Assembly: GCA_002796325.1 (NCBI GenBank)
Contig: PCXA01000010.1
Span: forward strand, 12,181-76,180
Direction of reading: 5' to 3'
Source of the DNA: Deltaproteobacteria bacterium CG11_big_fil_rev_8_21_14_0_20_47_16
GTDB taxonomy: Bacteria > UBA10199 > GCA-002796325 > 1-14-0-20-47-16
DNA length: 64,000 bases
The position numbers and the translations under genes are program-made. Position 1 is the stretch's first letter. The number at the start of each line of letters is the position of its first letter. The notes beneath the pieces were generated by a model. It saw nothing but the letters and a program-made list of their open reading frames with translations, was not told the DNA's origin and ran no database searches. Shown here one piece after another: positions 8,457 to 15,509 of this stretch.

Positions 8457-10705
8457 GCAAAGGGTTTTCGGTTCTTGCGTCAGTCGGTCACCTGGTCGAT
8501 CTCCCCCCCAGCAAGCTTGGTGTGGACGTCGACAATAATTTTGAACCCACCTACGAAGTCAGCAAGGGCAAAAAGAAGGTCCTGACGGATATCGTCAAAG
8601 CAGCAAAGTCGGTTGATGAAGTGTATCTAGCTTCCGATCCGGATCGTGAAGGGGAGGCCATTGCCTGGCATATTGCCAAGGCCATTGAAGCAGCCACTCA
8701 GAAGAAAGCCCCCAAAAAAGCCAGCACTGCCAAAACCAAAAAGTCAGCAAAAGCTGAGGCTTCAGCAGGCCCAAAACTTTATCGTGTCCGGTTCAATGAA
8801 ATTACGCCCAAAGCCATTAAGGCCGCCATTGCCGATCCTGCTGGACTCGACACCAATTTGTTCGAGGCCCAACAGGCCCGTCGTATTTTGGATCGCTTGG
8901 TCGGCTATCAAATCAGTCCGCTTTTATGGGACAAGGTAAAGCGCGGATTGTCAGCTGGACGCGTGCAGTCCGTTGCTTTGCGCATTGTCTGTGAGCGTGA
9001 AGAAGAAATTAAGAAATTTGTCCCTGAAGAATATTGGTCACTGGTCGCGCATCTGCACGGCAGCAAAGACCCTGCATTTGAAGCCAAGTTGATTGAGTGG
9101 AAACAAAAGAAAATCGATGTCAAAACTGAAGCAGATGCAGCGGCCATTGTTAATTCGCTTAAGAAAAGCGATTTTGTTCTAAAAGAAGTCCTGCGACAAG
9201 AGCGCCGCCGTCATCCCACGCCACCATTTATTACCAGTAAGCTGCAGCAAGAAGCCGCGCGCAAGCTGGGATTCACGGCCAAAAAGACCATGATGCTTGC
9301 CCAGCGCCTATATGAAGGTGTTGAGCTGGGGGATGAAGGGCAGATTGCGCTGATTTCTTACATGCGTACTGATTCCGTGCGGGTTGGTGACGACGCCTTG
9401 GCAGAAGTGCGCGGTTTTATTGGTGCCCAATTTGGCAAAGATTTTCTGCCAGAAAAGCCTAATCAATACAAAGGCAAGAAGGGCGCGCAAGATGCGCACG
9501 AAGCCATCCGTCCTGTTTCAATGGCATATACGCCAGACTCCGTGAAGGCGCATTTGGAAAAGGATATGTACCGATTGTATGACCTGATCTGGAAACGTTT
9601 TGTGGCCTCCCAAATGTTACCCGCCATTTTCGATCAGACCACCTTTAATATAACAGCAGGGGATGCACTCTTCCGCTCAACAGGCTCAGTGCTCAAATTC
9701 CAAGGCTTTATCGCCGTGTATATGGAAGGCACCGATGAATCGGGCGAAAAAGACGAAGAAGAGAATGACACACTACCTGATTTGCAAGATGGCGAGACTT
9801 TAGATTGCCAACAGTTAAATCCGCACCAACACTTTACGCAACCACCACCACGTTTCACAGAAGCATCTCTGGTGAAAGAATTGGAAGAGCGGGGCATTGG
9901 GCGTCCATCCACATACGCCAGCATCATGAGCGTTATTCAGGACAAAGATTACGTTAAAAAAACTGAGGGAAAATTTCACCCCACACAGCTTGGCACTGTT
10001 GTGAATGGATTGTTGGTTGAAAGTTTTCCTAACATCTTTGACATCAGCTTCACTGCCCAAATGGAATCCGAACTGGATGATATTGAAGAGGGCGCACGGC
10101 CGTGGGTCACAGTGTTAAATGATTTTTATACCCCATTTAAATCCAGACTTGAAATTGCCAAAGTTGAAATGCGCGACGTAAAGCGCCAAGAAACGCCCAC
10201 AGACTTTAAATGCGAAAAGTGCAACTCGACCATGGTGATCAAGTGGGGGCGTCATGGTGAATTTTTGGCCTGCTCCAATTATCCAGAATGCAAGAGCACG
10301 CGTGAGTTCCGCCGCATGGATGATGGTACATTAAAGCTGGTGGAAGCTGAAACCACCGATGAGATTTGCACCGCTTGTGGCAGTCCCATGTTGGTCAAGC
10401 GCGGTCGCTTTGGCAAGTTCTTGGCGTGTTCCAAATATCCGGAATGTAAAACAACCAAAGCCATCCCAATTGGTGTGAAGTGTCCAGAATGCGATGGTGA
10501 CATCGTTCAAAAACAATCCCGCCGAGGCAAGGTATTCTTTGGGTGTAGCAATTACCCCAAATGTAATTTTGCGCTTTGGGATCGTCCGGTGGGCGAGGCT
10601 TGCCCCGATTGCAAGAGTCCCTATTTGGTTGAAAAATACAGCAAGCAGAGTGGCACTAAAATCAAATGCCCCAACAAAGAATGTGGATATGAAAAACCAG
10701 CTTAA
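8393..10705 (+). CDS. topA: DNA topoisomerase I
   Basis: 770 aa with a TOPRIM start (LVIVESPAKAATIKKYLG), the active-site region SYMRTDS, and three C-terminal Cys4 zinc-ribbon modules (CEKCNS...CSNYPEC, CTACGS...CSKYPEC, CPECDG...CSNYPKC). Confidence 0.96.
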   Translation: MPNSLVIVESPAKAATIKKYLGKGFSVLASVGHLVDLPPSKLGVDVDNNFEPTYEVSKGKKKVLTDIVKAAKSVDEVYLASDPDREGEAIAWHIAKAIEAATQKKAPKKASTAKTKKSAKAEASAGPKLYRVRFNEITPKAIKAAIADPAGLDTNLFEAQQARRILDRLVGYQISPLLWDKVKRGLSAGRVQSVALRIVCEREEEIKKFVPEEYWSLVAHLHGSKDPAFEAKLIEWKQKKIDVKTEADAAAIVNSLKKSDFVLKEVLRQERRRHPTPPFITSKLQQEAARKLGFTAKKTMMLAQRLYEGVELGDEGQIALISYMRTDSVRVGDDALAEVRGFIGAQFGKDFLPEKPNQYKGKKGAQDAHEAIRPVSMAYTPDSVKAHLEKDMYRLYDLIWKRFVASQMLPAIFDQTTFNITAGDALFRSTGSVLKFQGFIAVYMEGTDESGEKDEEENDTLPDLQDGETLDCQQLNPHQHFTQPPPRFTEASLVKELEERGIGRPSTYASIMSVIQDKDYVKKTEGKFHPTQLGTVVNGLLVESFPNIFDISFTAQMESELDDIEEGARPWVTVLNDFYTPFKSRLEIAKVEMRDVKRQETPTDFKCEKCNSTMVIKWGRHGEFLACSNYPECKSTREFRRMDDGTLKLVEAETTDEICTACGSPMLVKRGRFGKFLACSKYPECKTTKAIPIGVKCPECDGDIVQKQSRRGKVFFGCSNYPKCNFALWDRPVGEACPDCKSPYLVEKYSKQSGTKIKCPNKECGYEKPA

Positions 10706-13700
10706 TGGGGCTGTGTACTATCAACATACGCTTTGTATTGCTTAATCACTTCTGCCTCGTCATCACCTGGCATCAGCATAATGTAGTGAATAATATCTGG
10801 GCCATTATTCTCTGTAATGTTTGATGCCCGAAAATATTTCGCTGTTACGTCTACATGCAATCCAGTCAATTGAGACTGAATCAGTCTCATAGGGGCTTCT
10901 GCAAGTGAAGCAACTATCGCGTTTTCACTGCTTGTTGGTGCATTATGATACATTACGAGCACTTTTGCACCATGAGCACGTGCCACTTCAGCAATCGACT
11001 TCATATTCCTATCGATGACATGTCCAGTGACACGGCTAAATTTGACTTTTGTCTCATAGATAACGCTCTTTTTGAGTGTGATTGGCGGCTTCTGAATCAA
11101 GGACAGTCCCTTAACCCCACGAATTTTTTTAGAGAACACCAGGCTTGCAGCAGCAGCGCCCTGATCAAGTCGATTTACCAAGCCCACTAGGTTTGCAAAG
11201 CTTCCCTTTTGCCATGCTTCATATATACGTCCAGTGGACATTGTTGTGCCAAAGTCATGCACCATGACATACAAATACTTCGCTGTTGTCATCCCTGTGG
11301 CATAGGCTGCAACATGAGGTTTATGGCTGAGGCCTTTTGCAACCAAATCAACCTCATCACCCTTTTCATCCTCGGTAAAATTATTTGATAGAATAAGAAT
11401 CGGCTGTGCCATTTGTGTTGATAACAAAGTTCTCATTTTATCTAGATTCATATTAAATGATGGAAGGTTTTCAACGGGAATTCGGAATGCCAAAATGGAG
11501 ACATTATCGATTTTGGTCTCAATCAATGCAGGTGCACCCATTGTTTCCAGCAGGGACTTGAGTTCAGTACGTTTAGATGTGATTTCTGCCAATCTTGTAG
11601 TTTCCTCCAGCTTGCGTTGTCCCTGTAGTCGCTTATCAATAACTGCCTGGGCCTCATCCATGGCTTTTTGTACCGAGGCTACTCGCTTTTGATCTAAGAC
11701 AAATGCAATATCTACCTTGGGAACGTCCTTTGAGGTATCAGGCTCAATGATGGTCTTGTTTGCAATACGATTTTCAGTCAATACATTAACCAGCTCCACG
11801 GGTTGTGCATTGGTTCCGTATATGTGAATGCCTGCAAAGAGAATTTTCTGTTGACCCAAGGTACCGCTGAGTGCAGCTAATATCTCTGGGCAGAGTTGTG
11901 GGCAACGATCCACTTCGAGTCCCTCTAGGCGAATTACACCATCCCGATATGTGATCTTATCGCGAATTGCTGCAAGTGCGGGCATTTTTCGAAGGTTATC
12001 TAATGCACTAGCTATAGCGCCAGATTGAGCAGAAGAGTTATAAACAGCTAACTTCAATTCCTCTACATCACTTTTTATGAGATCCGCATCAGCCTGTAGG
12101 CTGTGGTCTATAATGGAAAGCCCATTTGCATCAGATGCTATCATATATAGTTTTTCGGTAATTGCTTGGAGCATTTTAACACGCTTACCCAAATCTGGAT
12201 TCTGCAATGCGCTTTGATACTGCGCCTTTAACTGAGACAACTGCTCACGCAATGTGGCCAACTGGGCCCTTGCATTTCGAATGCGCGGCTCCTCAACGGG
12301 AGCAGCAACTTTGGGGGGGTCTACAGCTGGCGCAACAGTTGTAGCTGGTTTGGGTGTTTCCACTGCAGGAGCGGGTGTGGGTCTACTTTGCGCTGCACTT
12401 TCGTCGTACTGTCTAAAATAGATATCTCGATCCGATTCTTTAAAGAACAAGAGAATATCTGGATTACCAGAGCGTGAATCCCTTAGAATCTTCAAGGGAA
12501 TTCTATTCGCACCAAGTGATAATTTCAGTGGCTGCAAGGCACTATCGTCTCCCATGGGTGCCACAATAATCGCTGCGACTGGGCGCTTCTTATAAACCAA
12601 TTCTATTTGCTGAATCAGCGTTGAACCCTCTTGCCCATATGTCTTCGCATCAGGTGCATTCAACCACACATATGATTCATCTGTGGAAATGTTAACGCTA
12701 TCCTTAAGTTTATCTAATCCAGATTTTAGTTTCTGTAGGCGTAGTTCAGGGATGTTCGTTCGCTTAGACTTCTCAGCAAGCTGACTTGCCTCAGCAATGC
12801 GATTATCAATTGCAGTCAAAAGGGGAGAGAGCTCGAACTGAAACTGCTTAATCTTTGCAGAACGGGCTTCGGTCGCTACTTTTTCGGATTCCCCATATGA
12901 TTTCAGATTATTTTTGATTTCGTCATCTATTTTTTTGCTTGCATCAGAAAGCTTAGAAACAAGCTCTAGGAGGCTAGTGCGCATATTACTTAACTGTAAC
13001 TTATATTCATTTATTCTTTGAATATCAGATGTAACAGGAACATTTGGAACGACTACTCGCTGTTTGGCCCAAACCGCCGTATCAAACTGTTTCTCAAATG
13101 CCGCATACAATTCATTCTTTCGAGAATCGACTTCCTCAGAAGTATGATACAAACCTTCTATAATTTTTGGATATATTCCCTTGCGGGCATTTTCGATGAT
13201 CCGAATGACTGCCTTAGCCTGTTGGTATTGCGCCTTCAGAACTTTCATATCAGAATATGCTAATAGGGTCCTATTTTGAGTAGGAACTGCTGGCAAATAT
13301 TCCAGTAAGAGGTTTGTTGAGCTCCAACTGGCCGGCAGTAGTTTTCCAAAAATCATTTCGATATCATCAATAATTTTTTGGCTATCATTTTCAATGACTT
13401 TACATGAGCGACCATTTGGCTCTTTAAACCAACTGGCTTCGCCCACGGAAAAGTCGCCATCAACTCGTTTGTCTCTAACGGCGTTAAACGCACCATCAAC
13501 TTCACTAACAAGCTGTTCTTGTGCCTTCTGCAGATGAGTATAAGCTCTGCTGTATTGCTCAAGATAGGACTGAACCCTTGGACTATCATCTTTCCATTGA
13601 GACATTCGCTCTAACTTATCTTTTAGCTGAATCAATTTTTGAACTATTCCGTAAAGCTCTTTTGATCGAATGCACATTTCGGCTTTTGGACATTTGGTAA

Positions 13701-15351
13701 TGAACTCCTGAATTGCCTTCAAATCGCGACCGACAATGACAGATAGCCCCGGCAGTTTGACATCAATCACATCCCGATCCCCAACGTTCACAGGTGTTGC
13801 TGCACTGGGAAGATCGCTAGGTGCTCCTGCTGGCCCTGTCGGGCTAGGTTGGGCAGGTGGCATATTTGCTTTCAGTGCGATGATTCTAGCGAGAATCTGT
13901 TTATTCACTGCACCCATTTCATCAGTGTGATGACCCAGCAAGTTTCCCGGCGCGTATTGAATAAGCAATTCCTTAAATTTTGATCTGCAAATACGCTTCT
14001 GTGCAAGAAGACCTCGGCGATCTCCCTTAGCTGCCAAAGACTCTGCTGTGTGGATAGCCGCCAGAAATGCCGTTTTAGCTTGATCATACCGCTTAACCAA
14101 CTCAACTGATATGTCCTTGCTGATAACCTTTGCCTGATCTTTTAATTGAGTCAGTTGAACTACCATTGTGCGCAACGATTTAAATTGACTGTCTCCATAT
14201 CTTTCAGCAAATTCATTGATAAAATCTAGGTCCACATCCTCAGATATGCCTTTATAGATTCTGATTAATTCCTTTTCAGATTGTTTGGCGATTGGCCCTT
14301 TTTCAAATCGGGTAAATAACTGCTGATAATGTCGAACCCAGTGTTTCCCAAGCGCCAAATCCGTTTTCTCCAACGTACCCATACGTGCGGTCTGGCTTTG
14401 AGGGGTAGGGGCTGCTGCTGGAACAGGCGATGTCGCAGCAGGAACAGGTGGATTCTGTCCGCGGTACGCGTCGTAGATGGCACGTGCCTGAAGCTCAGTT
14501 GGTTTTGTTTTTCTCAATGTTTGCGCAATCAGTTTGCGTACCCTTGCAATCACCTTTTGACGTTGGTCCACAGGATACTTGTCTGCAATCACCCATTCCG
14601 CCAACTTGGTCGCCAATTCTTGAGAACTCAACACTCTCTGAGAACCAGTTGCAGCGGCAGCGGGTGCCACCGGTCTGGCTGCAGGAGGTGCAGATGCTGG
14701 AGCGGGCGATGCCGCAGCAGGAACAGGTGGATTCTGTGCACGATAGGCCTCATAAATTGCGCGTGCCTGAAATTCATTTACCTTGTCAGCAGGCAATGTC
14801 CCCGAAATGTTTTTGTGCAACGCCGCAATGACTTTAGGACGCTGGTCCACGGGATACTGATCTGCAATCACCCATTCTGCAATCTTGGTCGCCAACTCTT
14901 GGGAACTCAATACTCTCTGAGAAGCAGTTGCAGATGCAGCTGCAGATGGCGCAGCAGGAGGTGCAGATGCTGGGGCGGGCGATGCCGCAGGGGGTTGTGC
15001 TGGGGGCGGCGTTGCTGACACATGACAACGTTCCCAAGCGGTCTTGGCATCCGCATCAAACAGTGCGGGTGGCTTTTGATAGGGAACTGGAATGTACATC
15101 TCACTCAGTGAATAACCTTTGCGTGCCACATACGGGATCTCGACAAGTTGGCCATTTTGTTTCAGGGTAATATCCGTGACCTTGCCCTTTTGATCATGCC
15201 CCAATATGACTTCGACCTTGGAATCCGCGTTATGGAAGCGATAGGGGTCCTTGGCATCTTGGACCAAATCCTCGCAGCCATAATGAATCTTTAAATTGGT
15301 CGGTTTGACTCCGCTCACACCCACCCCTTCGTCAAAAATATGACATTCCAC
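10702..15351 (-). CDS. very large hypothetical protein (1549 aa), no signal peptide, Pro/Ala linkers and coiled-coil-like stretches
   Basis: Uninterrupted 4.65-kb ORF with coding-like composition throughout. It has no TM segment, no signal peptide and no catalytic motif I recognise. The start is uncertain: the GTG at 15351 lacks a spaced SD, and an in-frame GTG at 15318 follows GAAGGGG. Confidence 0.75.
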   Translation of the reverse strand: MECHIFDEGVGVSGVKPTNLKIHYGCEDLVQDAKDPYRFHNADSKVEVILGHDQKGKVTDITLKQNGQLVEIPYVARKGYSLSEMYIPVPYQKPPALFDADAKTAWERCHVSATPPPAQPPAASPAPASAPPAAPSAAASATASQRVLSSQELATKIAEWVIADQYPVDQRPKVIAALHKNISGTLPADKVNEFQARAIYEAYRAQNPPVPAAASPAPASAPPAARPVAPAAAATGSQRVLSSQELATKLAEWVIADKYPVDQRQKVIARVRKLIAQTLRKTKPTELQARAIYDAYRGQNPPVPAATSPVPAAAPTPQSQTARMGTLEKTDLALGKHWVRHYQQLFTRFEKGPIAKQSEKELIRIYKGISEDVDLDFINEFAERYGDSQFKSLRTMVVQLTQLKDQAKVISKDISVELVKRYDQAKTAFLAAIHTAESLAAKGDRRGLLAQKRICRSKFKELLIQYAPGNLLGHHTDEMGAVNKQILARIIALKANMPPAQPSPTGPAGAPSDLPSAATPVNVGDRDVIDVKLPGLSVIVGRDLKAIQEFITKCPKAEMCIRSKELYGIVQKLIQLKDKLERMSQWKDDSPRVQSYLEQYSRAYTHLQKAQEQLVSEVDGAFNAVRDKRVDGDFSVGEASWFKEPNGRSCKVIENDSQKIIDDIEMIFGKLLPASWSSTNLLLEYLPAVPTQNRTLLAYSDMKVLKAQYQQAKAVIRIIENARKGIYPKIIEGLYHTSEEVDSRKNELYAAFEKQFDTAVWAKQRVVVPNVPVTSDIQRINEYKLQLSNMRTSLLELVSKLSDASKKIDDEIKNNLKSYGESEKVATEARSAKIKQFQFELSPLLTAIDNRIAEASQLAEKSKRTNIPELRLQKLKSGLDKLKDSVNISTDESYVWLNAPDAKTYGQEGSTLIQQIELVYKKRPVAAIIVAPMGDDSALQPLKLSLGANRIPLKILRDSRSGNPDILLFFKESDRDIYFRQYDESAAQSRPTPAPAVETPKPATTVAPAVDPPKVAAPVEEPRIRNARAQLATLREQLSQLKAQYQSALQNPDLGKRVKMLQAITEKLYMIASDANGLSIIDHSLQADADLIKSDVEELKLAVYNSSAQSGAIASALDNLRKMPALAAIRDKITYRDGVIRLEGLEVDRCPQLCPEILAALSGTLGQQKILFAGIHIYGTNAQPVELVNVLTENRIANKTIIEPDTSKDVPKVDIAFVLDQKRVASVQKAMDEAQAVIDKRLQGQRKLEETTRLAEITSKRTELKSLLETMGAPALIETKIDNVSILAFRIPVENLPSFNMNLDKMRTLLSTQMAQPILILSNNFTEDEKGDEVDLVAKGLSHKPHVAAYATGMTTAKYLYVMVHDFGTTMSTGRIYEAWQKGSFANLVGLVNRLDQGAAAASLVFSKKIRGVKGLSLIQKPPITLKKSVIYETKVKFSRVTGHVIDRNMKSIAEVARAHGAKVLVMYHNAPTSSENAIVASLAEAPMRLIQSQLTGLHVDVTAKYFRASNITENNGPDIIHYIMLMPGDDEAEVIKQYKAYVDSTQPH
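14398..15015 (-). repeat. in-frame tandem duplication, period 279 nt (93 codons), two copies plus flanking Pro/Ala-coding linkers
   Basis: Blocks such as GCAGCAGGAACAGGTGGATTCTG (14435 and 14714) and TCTGCAATCACCCATTC (14582 and 14861) recur at an offset of exactly 279 nt. The protein modules are QRVLSSQELATK[IL]AEWVIAD[QK]YPVDQR.KVIA...QARAIY[ED]AYR.QNPPVPAA. Confidence 0.9.
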
Positions 15352-15509
15352 CTACACAATACAGGTATAACCCATTGATATATAAAGGCTCTTAATAATG
15401 AGCTCCGTTTCATCTCTAATATCTGCGAATATCATGCCACCTGCGGGCACGTCGCAGTGCGGCATAAGGCCGCAACTTTTAAGCCAATCTGCCGATATAG
15501 CAGGCAGCC

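Noticed and set aside
14329-15018. 229-aa Cys/Arg-rich forward-strand ORF (and the 133-aa ORF at 14430-14831) opposite the giant reverse-strand gene
   Set aside because: It is the antisense reading of the Pro/Ala-coding tandem duplication (GCN/CCN codons read backwards give open frames). The composition is not protein-like, there is no SD, and it lies fully inside a much longer ORF.
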